In this document: piece by piece, positions 37,046 to 52,419 of the stretch
Numbering within the stretch: position 1 is the first letter of the stretch
Layout: each line of letters opens with the position of its first letter
Source of the DNA: Octopus bimaculoides
Taxonomy: Eukaryota
Assembly (NCBI RefSeq): GCF_001194135.2
Contig: NC_068984.1
Coordinates: 110,847,510 to 110,911,509 of the forward strand
DNA: 64,000 nt
Direction: 5' to 3'
Notes under the pieces: generated by a model
The model's input: only the letters and a program-made list of their open reading frames with translations
What the model was told of the DNA's origin: nothing
The model's database searches: none
Made by a program: the position numbers and the translations under genes

Positions 37046-37685
37046 GCTAATGTGGAGGTAATAAAATATATGTGCTTTTAATGTTTTATTTATTTTAGTC
37101 TTTGGTCTGCTGCCATGCTGTAGCACTGACTTATAAAGTTAGTTGAACAAATCGGGCCCAGAACTTACTATAAGTTTGGTGCTTATTCTATTGTCTGTTT
37201 TGGTGGACAGCTAAGTTACAGAGATGAAAACAAACCAGCACCAGTTGTCAAATGGTGATGGTGACAAACACAAATGCAAGACATCTCTGCACGCACGCAC
37301 ACACAGACACACACACACACACTTATACATATACATGTACCTATGCAGTAATGTATATACATGTGTTTATATATTTATCCATATAAATACATGTGTATGT
37401 ATATACATATATCTGCATACACATGTATTTATATGCATAAATATATAAACACATGCATATGTACATATAAGTGTATGACTGTGTGTATGTCTGTGTACAA
37501 GTATGTGCGTGCAGAGATGTCTTGCATTTGTATTTGTCACATCACCATTTTTTATATACATATACATACACACACGTGTATATATAAACACACACATATG
37601 CATATATATATATATATATATGTATACATGTATATATATATAAACACATACATATGCATATTATATACATACACATACAAAATCA

Positions 37686-38329
37686 TACAAGGGTGTTTGG
37701 AAAGTAATTGCATTTTTTTCACTACTATGAAATATGAATCAACCAATCACATCAGATCCAAGTTCGAATGGGTGAGAACTGTCTAGAAACGGCATATCAT
37801 CTTTTCTATCTGGCACTGTGTCATCCATAGTTATTTCATTAATTATCCCCATGGAGGATATGAGGCTTATGAAACAACATATTCACCATTGCTTACTGTA
37901 TGAGTTTCGAAAGAAAAGTACCACTAACAGAAGCAATTGAAAACATTTGTGAAGTGTATCCAGATGTAGTGAAAGTTCATATATTTCAGCTGTGGTTTAA
38001 AAGGTTTAAAGATGATGATTGGGACATCCAACAAGCCCCACTCTTAATGACGACCTTTTGAATGAGTCTATTGTAATGGATCCGCGTCAAAGCACCAGGG
38101 ATTATTTTACAAACATTTAATGTGTCATGTTCACCTATCCATGAGCATCTCAAGAAATTGGAAAAACCTACAAAGAGGGAATATGGGTTCCACTTCAGAT
38201 CCTGCTTCAGAACCGAACACAATGTTCCACCATCTGCAGCAGATTTCTGACAGGGAATAACAACCTGTCATTTCTGAAGCACATTTTTACAGGTGAAGAA
38301 AAATGGGTCTTGCATCACAACAGAAACAA
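37686..38329 (+). mobile_element. Mariner (DD34D type) 5' half, pseudogenised
   Basis: TA-CAAGGGTG terminus. MKQHIHHCLLYEFRKK...LWFKRFKD...EGIWVPL...HIFTGEEKWVL (WVP and TGDEKW motifs). Truncated at ~38329. Confidence 0.85.
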
Positions 38330-38471
38330 TGCGTCATGATGCTGGTTTTCTCACAGACAGTGCCCAACTGACCCTACTATACTGTGCAGTCGACAAAATG
38401 AAAAACAATGTGCATGCATGAAATTAAAAGTATAGTATAAAATGGTGACAATTTGCCCATCACACCCTGTA
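38330..38471 (-). mobile_element. 5' terminus of the DD37D mariner family seen at 4200-5042
   Basis: Near identical to ~4933-5040; ends CACCCTG-TA. Confidence 0.85.
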
Positions 38472-38472
38472 T

Positions 38473-38503
<31 letters not shown>

Positions 38504-38513
38504 CATATACACA

Positions 38514-38575
<62 letters not shown>

Positions 38576-39879
38576 CAAACACATACATATATATAAATAA
38601 TAAAATATTTTAAAGGATTTTATTTAGATAAATGCTGTACATGTTTCCTTAATAGCTGTTTAAAAATTATTTTAAAAACATGAATATTGAAAAAGATATT
38701 GGTATAAGCTTAAAGAAATATAAGTACAAACTGAAAGAAACATTCACTGAAGCTGAAAGAAATATTGATACAAATTCAAAGAAATTTCAGAATACATTCA
38801 AAGAAGTATCAGTACATGTTTAACATATTTAATCCCTCTGCTAAGCAATACATTTTAAAGAAATTAAAAATCATAAACAAAAAATAAACCCAAAAAATTT
38901 AAAGATATATTTTGCATGCTTCATCAATTTATCATACCAAATTACTTTAAACATCTCGTTTGTCTTTAATGGAATTTTGAAATATTTATATGTTACCTCT
39001 GGATCTCATCATAGTATAAACAGATATTTGTTTCCTCTGCTACAGTCATCAATGACATAATAAATGTCTGTGATTTTTGAAGTGTAATGAAAATTTGATT
39101 CCATTAGCTGAAACCTGTGATGATGTCAGGATTCCCCAGGAGAAATTTTGTAAGATTTGAAAATCAAGATGCAAAGTTCTATATGAGTATTCTCTTCATT
39201 GCTTAAGGCAAGATGACATGGTTAATATGAAGGTCTGTATGAAAGTTTATATGTGTGCGTGTGTGTGTTTGAGGTTTTGTGTGTTTGAGTTTGTATGTGT
39301 GAGTTTGTGTGTGTGTGTTTGAACATATATGATTAAAAAAGAAGAAATGTAGGAAAATCTCAATCAGCTTTATAAGAAGATTTTGAGTAATATGTTACAT
39401 ATCATTAATGCATATACGTTTATACATACATTTATATACGTGTGGGTATAAGTATGTTTTTATGTATATATGTATATATATATTTTTATTTATATATACA
39501 TGTATATATGATGAGATATATACATACACTGAGACATACATACACACATATATATATGTATATACTAGTATATATACACATATAGTTACAGGCTTAGCTG
39601 TGTAGTTAAAAAGTTTGCTTTCCACCTCTGTCATTTTGGGTTCAACCCCACTGTGTAGCATATTGTGTAAGTACTTTCTACAAACCAACCTAAATTTCGT
39701 GAGTGGATGCTTTAAATGGAAACTGAAAGAAGTCTATCTTTATATATATGTATGTATGTATATATATTTACCTGTATGTATACATATATTCAGCTGTTCC
39801 ATAGGCAAAGAAGATGTCTAAAGTAGAAGTAATTATGGAAGTATCAAATTGTGGAAACATGTCATGAAAAATATGGAAA

Positions 39880-40615
39880 CAAATACAATCCAATCATTTA
39901 TGAACAGAATTAACCTAAACGGAATGCAGTTTAATTTGTATCAAGTACTGCAGTTTTATGCCAAGAAGAAGTACTTCCAAGTAAGACAATTACAGGAGAA
40001 TCATCTAGCTAAAAGTAAACCATTAGACATGTCATTCAGGACCTGAAAAAAAGTCTTTGAGAGAGTTTCTTACCCTATGATCTGGTGTTCTTTGAGAAAG
40101 CTAAGTGCAAATGAATGCTTTGTTAGAGGCTTACAATCCATGTACAGGGATACTTTCAGTTGGGTGAGAATCAACAGCAAGTACTGATGTGAATTTATTG
40201 TACAGATTGGAGTTTGCCATGTGTTGATACTCAGACCCCCTCCTATTTATCATAGTCCTCCATGAGAATTTAAGACTGGCTGCTGTTGGAAACTAGTATA
40301 TGTTGATGACTTCATTCTTAAAGCAGAATCTATAGAAAAAAATGGAAAAGAAATTCCAGGCGAGGAAGCAAAATTTGGAATCAAAGGGCCTTAAGATTAA
40401 CCTAGGAAAGACTAAAATTATAGTAAACACAAAAATAGATAGGACTTTCAACACATCAAGTAACTGACTCTGCTTAACATTTGTAGGAAGGATAAAGGCA
40501 GGAATTACATACAATCTACCCAGTGCAAGCTATGGACACATGAAAGGTGCAATGGAATCACAGAGTTATTAAGAGAGAAAGTAGTCTTTTTATGTAGATG
40601 TGCAGAAGCAGTAAA
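39880..40615 (+). mobile_element. RTE-clade LINE ORF2 fragment (RT plus Cys-rich C-terminal region), decayed
   Basis: RINLNGMQF..VRQLQENHLAKSKPLDM; KLVYVDD (YVDD 40299-40310); QNLESKGLKINLGKTK; QCKLWTH. Interrupted at the 3' side by SINE B. Confidence 0.85.
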
Positions 40616-40624
40616 CACTGGTTT

Positions 40625-40988
40625 GGTTGGCACTCCGTTGGTTACGACGACGAGGGTTCCAGTTGATCCCGATCAACGGAACAGCCTGTTCGTGAAATTA
40701 ACGTGCAAGTGGCTGAGCATTCCACAGACACGTGTACTCTTAACGTAGTTCTCGGGGATATTCAGCGTGACACAGTGTGATAAGGCTGGCCCTTTGAAAT
40801 ACAGGTACAACAGAAACAGGAAGTAAGAGTGAGAGAAAGAGTACAGCAGGGTTCACCACCATCCCCTGCCAGAGCTTCGTGGAACTTTAGGTGTTTTCGC
40901 TCAATAAACACTTACAACGCCTGGTCTGGGAATCAAAACCTACGACTGCGAGTCTGCTGCCCTAACCACTGGGCCATTGCTCCTCCAC
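40625..40988 (-). mobile_element. SINE family B, full length
   Basis: Colinear with 19400-19785. Confidence 0.9.
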
Positions 40989-41339
40989 CAAGGACACTGA
41001 AGACACACGGGAAATAAATTTCTTCAAACGCTCATGGGACTTCTTATTTATGAATAGCTGATCTTTACAACCAGAGAACCCACATTTACATCCTTTTTGC
41101 TTATTAGGGAAGATGCCACTTTTTATTAAAAAGTTATAAATTTATTCAATGAAGACAGATGTTAGTATTTTATACATTGTTGTTAAGCAAGTTACAGGTC
41201 TATAATTTTTTGATTCATTTGTTTCCTCATTGTTTTGGAAGTAGAAATGTAACACCTTTAACTATCCAAGAGTGAATTTGTATTACATTGCTGCAAAACA
41301 TTGTTGTAAAGTCTTGTTAGTAGTTCATAACTCTCTGGG

Positions 41340-41550
41340 CTGACAGAAACGTTAGTACACCAGGTGAAATGCTTAGTGGTATTTTGTCTGTCTTTACGTT
41401 CTGAGTTCAAATTCTGCCAAGGTCAACTTTGCCTTTCATCCTTTCAGGGATCAATAAAATAAGTACCAGTTGTGTACTAGGGTCGATCTAATCAACTGGC
41501 CCCCCTTCCACAAAATTTCGGGTCCTGTGCCTAGAGTAGAAAAGAATATT
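41340..41550 (+). mobile_element. SINE family A
   Basis: GAAACGTTAG..CCAGGTGAAATGCTTAG...TTCTGAGTTCAAATTC..CTTTGCCTTTCATCC. Other decayed copies at 11930, 15660, 15890 and 45300. Confidence 0.85.
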
Positions 41551-42386
41551 CCATGAGAACATGTCCAACTCTGAAGAAATATTAGCAAGCTTGAAAACCG
41601 GTGAATATTGGCAATAAGAAGGGCATCTGATCTATCTGTAGAAAACCTGCCTTTATAAACTCCATCCAACCCATGCAAGCATTGCAAATCAGATGTTAGA
41701 ACGATGGTGATGACAATGATAATAAAGTAGGTTTGTGTAACAAAACGCTGTGTTTATCATACCATTGATGCGATCCTTTCAAAATGTATCTCTGTTGGAA
41801 ACTGATGAGTATGACTCATTGAAGACAATGTCAATAAACTTTGGCAAAATATTTTAAGATGAAATAAATGAAAGCAAAATAAAAAAATTAACCAAGCAAG
41901 CCATATGTCAACCAGGTTCTTTCTTTTGGATCCAACCTGTTTCCATCACTCCCCAATGCTCATACTCACACGTATACATATACACATACATAGATGCATA
42001 TGCATGCATGCATAAACATGTGAATGTGCATGCATATGCAGCTTTTTAAATCCACCCTGTCACACTCCATGCTACCACTTTTGCATACACCATTGATGTT
42101 CTGTATGGGACTTGTTGATTCTGTTTGGCTTGGTTCCAAGGCAGAAACTAAAGTAAACTGTTAGTTATTTCTTTTGTTATAAATACATATAGATACACAC
42201 ACACACATACTTATATACATATATACATTCATACGTACATATACATACACATGCATATATACATACAGACACATATGCATACATATATACACTTATACAT
42301 GCACATATACATATACACTATATGCATGCATATATATATATTTCAGAAATACATACATACATATATATATATGTTTTATTTCAGAA

Positions 42387-42422
<36 letters not shown>

Positions 42423-43275
42423 ATGTATATATATGGACACATATACATACATACATACATACATTCATATATATATGCATTTATGCATATATATGTGTGT
42501 GTGCATGTATGTATGTATGCACTTGTGTACATGCACACATACACTTGCACACAAAGACACACATACTTTGATAGCATTTATTCTGTTGTACACATCTTTA
42601 CACAAACTGCAATGTACATTGTGACAAAATTTAGTTTTCTGTCTGTACATTCATATGTACACACAGAATAAAGAAACACAGATATGCTGAAGCACATTGG
42701 TACACGTAGCCAGAGAGAGAGAGAAGGGGAAGGGAGAAAAAGGGGGGAGGGAAAGAGGGAGAGAAAGAAAGAGATTTATGCAAACATAAAACTTTTTTTT
42801 TATAACTACATTACGACAAGTTGAAAGCATGAATAAAATCAGCAAAGACAAAAAAAAAAAGAACAGCTGACAAATTAAACAAACAAACACAGTTGTTACA
42901 TAACTCAGTTTAGCATTTAATACCTTGTTTACAAAGTAAATAAATTAATAAAAGACATGGAGTGATATTGGTAACAGGGGTTAACATGGGCATTCTCTTG
43001 TTTTGGCATGTAAAAGAAACAGAATTTAAACAATTTAATCTTGAGTTGGTTCAGTGCTTAATGCAGTATTAACACTCACCAAACACTGATACATTGAGCT
43101 TTTACACAAAACACTCGTTTATGTTATATCCTTCAAACAGCTCACTTCATGTTAACGTCTGCAAATCTCTTTTATCTGAAGTATAGTATGCTGTCTTTTA
43201 TAAAAAGGAACACATTTGATAACACTGTGTAACAAAATTAACTATTTTTTTTTTTTTGTCTTCAGTCTTCAGTGT

Positions 43276-44537
43276 TATTAGGTTGTTCCAAAAACAATGG
43301 CCACTCTAAATGTTGTGTTTTGAAACACAGTTTTATCATAGTATTTCAATTATATTTTAGGTGAATTTCAACATACTCAATGCTTGATGTATGCACTTCA
43401 ATAATTTTCTACTTATTTCAGATAGAAAACATTTTTGAAGCATAAGCACCCTTAATTATGAACATGACAAAAAAGGACCTTCGCTTGCTTTTCTTGCACG
43501 AGTTCAAGCTTGGGTACAATGCCTCCCAAACTGCTATCAGAGCATGGGGTGAGGTTTCCACAAGTGATTGCACAGTATGAGAGTGGTTTCAAAAATTCTG
43601 TAGTGGTGATGAGAGCTTTTAAGATGAAGAAGGTAGAGGACAGTCATGCAGTCTTAACAATGAACAACTTAAAACAATTGTTGAAAAAAACCCATGTCAA
43701 AGTGTCAGAGAAATGTCTCAGGCACTTGGTATTGCAATGGTCTCATGTAATCTGCAGAAGATTGGTAAGGTGAAAAAGCTCGATAAATGGATACCGCATG
43801 AGTTCAAGGAAAATCAAAAAGTTTGGTGTTTTGAAGTGTGCTCGATGCTCTTTCTGTGAAACACCAATGATCCTTTTCTTTTCTTGATCGAATAGTCACA
43901 TGTAACAAAAAGTGGATCCTTTATAATAACTGTAAATGATCAGGTCAATGGCTTGATCGTGATGAGTCTCCCAAACATTTCCCAAAGCCAAAGTTGCATC
44001 AGCAAAAGATTATGGTGACTGTCTAATGACTGCAATTGGTGTTGTCTATTACAGCTTTCTAGAAGCCAATCAGAGCAGTACAGCAGAGGTTTACTACAAT
44101 CAACTCGCTGAAATGCATGCTCACCTGCGAAAAATGAGACCTGCATTCTTGAATCAGCATGGCCCAATTCTGCTCTACGATAATGCAAAGCCACATGTTG
44201 CAAGAATGACACAGCAGAAACTTACAGACTTTACCATATCCTCCATACTCTTCTGATCTTTCCCCCACTGACTACCATTTTTTAAAGCATTTAAACATGT
44301 TTTTAAGGGATAAACTTTCAGGTCCAAACCAGAGGTAGGATCAGCTTTCAAAGATTTCTTAGCATCAAAGACAATAAGTTTTTATCAACGAAGCATAAAT
44401 AATCTTGTTGATCGATAGCAGAGATGCATAGATGTTCACGGCTCATATTTTGACTTATCAAAACATTTCTATTGTTAATTTTCCCAGAATAAAATTATGT
44501 TTCTGAAATCGACCATTATTTTCAGAGCAATCTAATA
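43276..44537 (+). mobile_element. Near full-length mariner (DD34D, ~1.26 kb) with TIRs and TA TSD; transposase inactivated by stops and frameshifts
   Basis: TA-TTAGGTTGTTCCAAAAACAATGG ... CCATTATTTTCAGAGCAATCTAA-TA. MNMTKKDLRLLFLHEFKLG, KWIPHE, DRIVTCNKKWILY, ILLYDNAKPH, DLSPTDYH. Confidence 0.93.
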
Positions 44538-44687
44538 TTTCCTTTTTACTTCTATCTAGAAATCAAAGGAAATGACTACTATCCACTTCAAACTTTGCTT
44601 TCATGATCTAGGCATCAATGTTTTGAAACTGGCCTATTTTCCGTTACATTTCAGACAGATTCAGCATTGAGTTGCTGAAGAAAGATT

Positions 44688-44720
44688 TTCTAGAACTTTC
44701 TAGAAGTTTCTAGAAGGTTC
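44688..44720. promoter_or_regulatory. Perfect heat-shock-element-like array (7 alternating nTTCn/nGAAn units)
   Basis: TTCtaGAActTTCtaGAAgtTTCtaGAAggTTC read directly. Function is untested. Confidence 0.45.
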
Positions 44721-45210
44721 TGGTAACATAGATGCAAGTATAAATATATTGATCATAAGCTCAACAGTTCAGTTGCCATCTAAATTAAAACTTTCCTTAA
44801 AAATTCCATGTTACTTTACGTACCAAATACTAACTTAAGAATGATGAAGTTATTTTACTAAATTCTTCGTTATTTTCAAAATTAATTAAAACAAAGGCAA
44901 CAGAAATAAAGTGAGGAAAGGGATAAGTGTATCTTGCTACTATATCTGCTGCTGTGCAGATATTACTCTAATGGCTGGTATGTGGTGGCCAGGAAATTTG
45001 TGTTTTTGAATTGGGCATTAAAGGTGCCACAACAATAACATGGCAACAGCTATGACCAACACCAGCAAAAGTGCCACCAACACCACCACCATCTGTTAAT
45101 TTATTTTACATTTTTGTTATTTTTTCTGCAGACATTACATTTTTATATATTATATTATTTCATGTATATTTTTTATAATTATTCTTACAGTTGTTGTTTC
45201 TATTGTGGTG

Positions 45211-45260
<50 letters not shown>

Positions 45261-45509
45261 TGTTGTTGTTGTTGTTATTAGCATTATTATTATTATTCAG
45301 TGAGCTTGCAGAATTGCTAGTGTTGCTGCTAAGCATTTTGTCCACCTTTATGTTCTGAGTTCAAATTCTGCTGGGGTTGACTTTGTCTTTTATTTTCTCA
45401 GAGTCAATAAAATAAGTATGAGCCGAACATTAGAGTTGATGTAATAGATTTACTCCTTTCCTGAAATTTCAGCCTTGTGCCTATAGTAGAAAGGATTATC
45501 ATTATTATT

Positions 45510-46030
45510 GAGAGTAGCATATACTATCAAAGTAACACTGGGGTACAAATATACAAAGTGTAATATATCCATCATGACTACCTGTCTGATAAGGGTACAC
45601 CAGGCACAGGTATCACAGCCATATGTGCACGACATGGCAATATCGTTTAAAGATAAGCAGCACATGATTTTGCATTTGGGGCCCAGTTAGAATTTTCTTC
45701 AGGTCGAGTAGCCCACCTGCTCAAAAGGTCCCAGTGTAAGGTTTGTTTAAGGATGAAGAACAAAACACCCAGGTTTTCAGAGGTGAATTATTCAAACTCC
45801 AGAGAATTGCCATGATGCTCCCCAACTACTTCTGCACATATCGTCAGCCACTAAGGGACATGCCCAACTGGTAAAGGTCAAACAACTGACAAGCAAATCT
45901 TTGGTACTGAGCAGAATATTTGCAATAGTCCATCTTTTATACCAAGACAAAACATATACATGATAACACTTCCAATCAGTTAAGATCAAAAGCCATGAGA
46001 GTCACTGCCTGGTACTGCTTCAAGGCATTT
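45510..46030. mobile_element. ~500-bp putative dispersed repeat of unassigned class
   Basis: GC-richer block bounded by a SINE A tail and an (ATT)n run. No coding similarity recognised and no second copy seen in the window. Confidence 0.35.
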
Positions 46031-46032
46031 AA

Positions 46033-46083
<51 letters not shown>

Positions 46084-46701
46084 TGCAGACACAACCACCA
46101 TGTTTGTTTTCCCACTTCTGTTGTTATTAAGGGGCACAGCAACAGGTGAACAGTGTAAGTTGAATGAGGAAGTTGTTTGTTGCTAAAACTAACAAATTCA
46201 CTAGGAATCAACAGGAAAAGAGAAAAGGAATAACAGGAAAAATGTTTTACTTCAACTTTAAGTGTTTGCATGTGCTTGTATGTGCATGTACGTGAGTGTA
46301 TGTGTATGTAAGTGTATGCATGTGTGTGTGCGTGCATGTATGTAGAAATGCATGAGAGTTTGTGTATGTTGTGTGGATGCATGTGTATGTGTTGGTGCAA
46401 GGCTGTGTGTGTGGACATTTGTGTGTGTGTGTGTGTGTGCTTGTGAGCATGTGCATGCATGTCAGTGGGTAGGGATGAAGAGCAATGAGTGAGGGCAGTG
46501 TCATTCACCAGGTACTAAAGAAATATATAAAAAAATCAAAATGTTAAGATAATAATAATAGTAATATTAGTAATGATAACAATAACAATTAATGATAATA
46601 ATAATAATAATAAAGAAAAATAGGAGAAATAACATACACCCCGAATTGCAGATACACATACATGTGCAAAAACACACACACATGTACAGACATACACACA
46701 C

Positions 46702-46739
<38 letters not shown>

Positions 46740-47148
46740 ACACACACACTCACACACACATACAAAAATGCAGAAATACCTATTAAACATGTTAACAAAG
46801 AAAATGCAAAGGTTACTCTACTGGCAAAAACTAAACCACACCCCACCGCCACCACCACCACCACCACACCGNNNNNNNNNNNNNNNNNNNNNNNNNNNNN
46901 NNNNNNNNNNNNNNNNNNNNNNNNNNNNNNNNNNNNNNNNTTGGAAAGTTTCCTCCTTTGCCAGGCATTGATGGAAATTCATTCAACTCTTGATGAAACG
47001 GTACCTAATGAATCACCTTTGCTCACTTACCTACCACCCTCTACAATCCTACATTACACAAATGTACAGGTACATGCACACATGTATGTGTAGATTTTTA
47101 AATATCATTATACATACATACACACATACATATATATACATACATATA

Positions 47149-47200
<52 letters not shown>

Positions 47201-47561
47201 TACATACGTACCCTTCTGTGTGTTTGGTTTTTTGTTCACATCAATCACCGAATTAGTAGCGGATTTCCTGAAATAAACCGCAGGTCTTGTTTAGCCGAGG
47301 CTGTTTCACCAATATCGACATCTCCATATTCATGGCTCTTGTACTCGTATATCACCATACACTATCACACAATCTTAGGAAAAACAGAAACCTTGTCCAT
47401 GAATGTTTGTGAAAACATCCACTATACATCCATTGCTCTCTCTCTCTCTCTCTACTTCTATCCATCAATCTATCTATCTATCTATCTGCATTTCGGTTAG
47501 TTTCCCCCTGTTTGCAAAGATATTTATCTTGTCAATATATTGTTATGCATACATACATACA

Positions 47562-47592
<31 letters not shown>

Positions 47593-47745
47593 GTGTGTGT
47601 GTATGTTTAAATGCATGTTTGTGTATGTGTGTGTGTGTGTATACATATATATACGTAATAACAATTAATGATAATAACAATAATAATAATAATAATAATG
47701 CTTGGGTATATGTCTTTTTGTGTATATATACATATAAATATATGT

Positions 47746-47821
<76 letters not shown>

Positions 47822-47914
47822 CCAAATAGGTAGCTATAAAGTCTCAAGAAGTGATAGAATAGTAACGTATACTAAAGAGTAAAGTGAGTGATGTGGCTGC
47901 TCGCTTTACTGTTT

Positions 47915-47970
<56 letters not shown>

Positions 47971-48020
47971 CATTATATATATATATGCATGAATGTATGT
48001 ATAAACACATGCATGCAAGC

Positions 48021-48053
<33 letters not shown>

Positions 48054-48925
48054 TGCATGCACATATATATAAGAGGTGAGGAGAAGTGCACAATGTGGCT
48101 TATATGTAGGATCTTCTATTGGTTATCTCATTCAAAAGAGCAAACAAAAAGAATGTATGTATGTATGTGCACTGTTTCATGTGCACAAAGACTATTGCAC
48201 ATATTGTGGTGCATCATACACTTTTGTGTGTGAGCATACATAGGGAAATGTGTACATATATACATACATATATGCACATACACACATTCATGCAGGCATG
48301 CATCCATACATACATACATACAAACATATACATATCTATATATGTATATATACACATACGTACATATATATGTACATACATATCTATGTAAAGCGGTTCG
48401 TGTATATTGACCATCTTGCCATAAGAGACTTTTTTGGTGTTTAGGTATTAACATGTTTTTTTTTTAAATGTATGTATATATATTTTCCCTTACTAATTTT
48501 CTTCTTTGCAATACTTTACCTCCATTATTAAAGGTCTCTGGCTATTTTACTAGACCCCCTGGTCAGCATTGGTGAGTTGAACATGTCTTTGAATTTGTTT
48601 TGTAAAAATTCTTTCAACATCCCTTTTCTCTCCCTCCGTCTCTTTTTCTCTCTTTGAATAAATCTTTGCAAAATTGTTGTTTTCAAGGAATCAAGGAAGG
48701 AAAATGACATGGATACATCCTGCTTTTGATATTGGTGATCAAATTAAAATCCAACTTCAGAACATGTTGAGTAGCTAAAGACTACAACTAACCCATAATA
48801 TACACATACATATAAACATACATACATACAAACATATATATATATATATATATTTCGCTTATTTTTCTTCTTACTTTCCCCCTACATTTCCACGTGTAGT
48901 TTCTATTTTGTTTTTGTAACATATT

Positions 48926-49001
<76 letters not shown>

Positions 49002-49366
49002 TATGTATGTTTATATATATATGTGTGCCTATGCGTGTGCAGGTGTACATATATATATATATACATATGTATGTGTATCTTTGTGTATGCAAATATAAAA
49101 AGCAGATAGATACAAACACCTGTTTTTTAAAAGTGGATTGTGTGTGAGTAGGTGTTGTTCTATTAATTTGCCTTTGGTAAGCAGAATGATTTATGGAATC
49201 GTCAAATAAGCAACTATATGCTATTCTCAAAGATAATGCGATCACATATCACAAGGAATCATTTAAAGGAGAACTAATTTGTACATATCACATACATACA
49301 TACATACATGCATATACATAATATGAATGTGCACTATGTACATATATATACATATATATGTATATA

Positions 49367-49400
<34 letters not shown>

Positions 49401-49581
49401 TACACATGCACACATATGAATATATATATGCATGCATACATACATACATGCCTACATATATTTGCACATATAGACATATACATATATATGTATGCATATA
49501 CATATATATATATATATATATATATGCATATATATAATATATATGTATATATATAATATATATGTATATATNNNNNNNNNN

Positions 49582-49636
<55 letters not shown>

Positions 49637-50104
49637 GTATATACATATATATACACAAGACATGAGTTCACAAGGAATTGCTAAGGAATAACACTGATTG
49701 ATGATGGATGGCACTTGTTTACAACTATCTCAAGATGTCAGGGCAAGGAGTCACAAACACCCTCACACATTGATACACACTACATACAAACATACACATA
49801 TAATACATGCTGACACAAACACATGCATACTTGCATTCATAGATGTTAACTTACAAACATACAATTTCAGTTTCCGTCAACCAAATCTACTTTTTATAAT
49901 GCTTGCATCAGCCCAGGGCTTTGGTAGAAAACATTACTTGCTCAACCTGCTGTGGAATGGGACTGAATCTGAAACTACATAATTGGGAGACAAACTTCTT
50001 AACCACACAACTATTCCTGCACCTGTATTAGTAAGAAATTCACTTGTTTTAGCGATTGTTTGCTGAAGAATTTAGGCAGGTGGTAACAATATCTTTATAT
50101 AGTA

Positions 50105-50525
50105 AGGTGGTGAGCTGGCAGAAACGTTAGCATGCCAGGCAAAATGCTTAGCGGTGTTTCGTCTGCCGTTATGTTCTGAGTTCAAATTCCGCCGAGGTTG
50201 ACTTTGCCTTTCATCCATTTGGGATTGATAAATTAAGTACTAGTTGTGTCCTGGGGTCGATGTAATCGCCTTAGTCCCTTTGTCTGTCCTTGTTTGTCCC
50301 TTCTATATTTAGCCCCTTGTGGGCAATAAAGAAATAAGAAACGTTAGCACGCCAGGTGAAATGCTTAGCGGTATTTCATGTCTTTAGGTTCTAAGTTCAA
50401 ATTCTGCCGAGATCGACTTTACCTTCCATCCTTTAGGAATCGATAAATTAAATACCAGTAGTGTACTTGGGTCGAACTAATCGACTGGTTCCCTCCCCCC
50501 AAATTTTGGGTATTGTGCCCAAAGT
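50105..50525 (+). mobile_element. Two SINE family A copies in tandem
   Basis: The first copy ends GGGCAATAAAGAAATAA (~50337); the second starts at GAAACGTTAGCACGCCAGG. Confidence 0.88.
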
Positions 50526-51365
50526 AGAAAAGGTTATATTCATCACTGACATCATTATCATCATCACCACCATCATCGTCATCATCATTGTTGTCGTCAT
50601 CATCATCATCATCATCTTCATCATCATAATTTAACACTCATTCTCCATGTCAACATGGTTTTTGACTGTTTAACAGGAGCTGGTTAACCAGAGGACTCTT
50701 CCAAGCTCCATTGTCCCTAATTTAGCATGTTTTCCTTGATTGGATGCCTTTTCTAATACTGAGAGAGAGAGATAGATAGATAGATAGCTATAAATGTAGA
50801 TAGATAGATGCATACATGTATGTATATAGCTGTAAATGTATATATATATATGTATGCATGTATGAATGTATATGTGTATATATAAATGTAAATATATATA
50901 CATATTTGCATATTTATACACACACACACACATATATACACAAACACACACACACACATACACACTCATTGAGACACATGCGATTTATACAAAATATACA
51001 TACAATGGTACATAGACATGAATCTTGTCACACATCTTCCACTTAATGCTAGCCTACAATAATAGTTAACAACAGAGTTAGATGGAAATCGGCAAGTTAG
51101 GTAGAAGTTAACAAAGAAAATCAAAAAGGTAAAACAAAAGAGAAACAAGAATATATTATACAAACACAACTGTAAAAGAAATAAAATAAAATATAGATGA
51201 CAGTGGCAGGGGCAAAAGCACTAATCTGGCTCCCTACATTCATAAAAGAAATTTTGAATGTGAGTAGAAAAATAAGAAAGAAACATATACATATATACAT
51301 ATATATTATCACTATTACAATTATTATTAACATCATCATCATCATAAATTTTATTATTACTTATA

Positions 51366-51422
<57 letters not shown>

Positions 51423-51432
51423 NNNNNNNNNN

Positions 51433-51463
<31 letters not shown>

Positions 51464-51581
51464 GTATGTGTGCGTGTATGTGTCTCTGTATACATTTATA
51501 CATGTATATATGATATATGCATGTATATGTGCACATATATATAAGCATGTATATATATTTATAAATATAGTTAGAAAACTA

Positions 51582-51618
<37 letters not shown>

Positions 51619-52295
51619 CATGAGTTTGTATGTACGTATGTACATTATATATACATACACATATACACATATACATATATATATATGCACGCATACATAC
51701 ATATATGCATGCATGCATATATATGTACATACATGCATACATCCGTCCATACATACATGCATATATATTTAATATAGAATAAATGAAAGTGGTATTTATT
51801 TTACAGTGAAACACTGAAAATAAATTTTACTTGCTGTAAAATTGTTGTAATTTTTTTCTTCTATAAATAAACTTTCATTTATTTCCCCAAAAAATTTTTG
51901 CAAGGGCTGTATTCTTTATTTGCAGTTTTGAAAGAATTAATTTTCTTTTTTTTTTTTAAAGTTAGTTCTTTGGTTCTTGCAATTTTCTTTTTTTTTTTTT
52001 TGTCATTTTCTTTCATTTCAACTAACATGAACAATAAGAAGAAAAATAATTTGGAATAATTTGTATAATTAGAGAGTACATAGTCACACACACAGAGAGT
52101 GAAACACATCCAAATACATTTGTAGGCACATACAATAACTAATAGATATTCAGAAAAATGATGCACACATTGTACATAACTGTAAAACAATGGAGCAACT
52201 GTCACTCATTTCTTTTCATCTCTATATATCTATAAATAACTCTATCTATTTATCTATCTATCTATATCTCTCTATATATATACAAATATATGGTA

Positions 52296-52414
<119 letters not shown>

Positions 52415-52419
52415 TTATA

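Noticed and set aside
47250-47400. CpG-retaining block encoding MVIYEYKSHEYGDVDIGETASAKQDLRFISGNPLLIR on the minus strand
   Set aside because: Only a weak donor (gtgatt) and no recognisable homology; too little evidence for a CDS call.
48528-48710. 60-aa Lys/Arg-rich minus-strand ORF
   Set aside because: Largely driven by a CT-rich low-complexity tract; no convincing exon boundaries.
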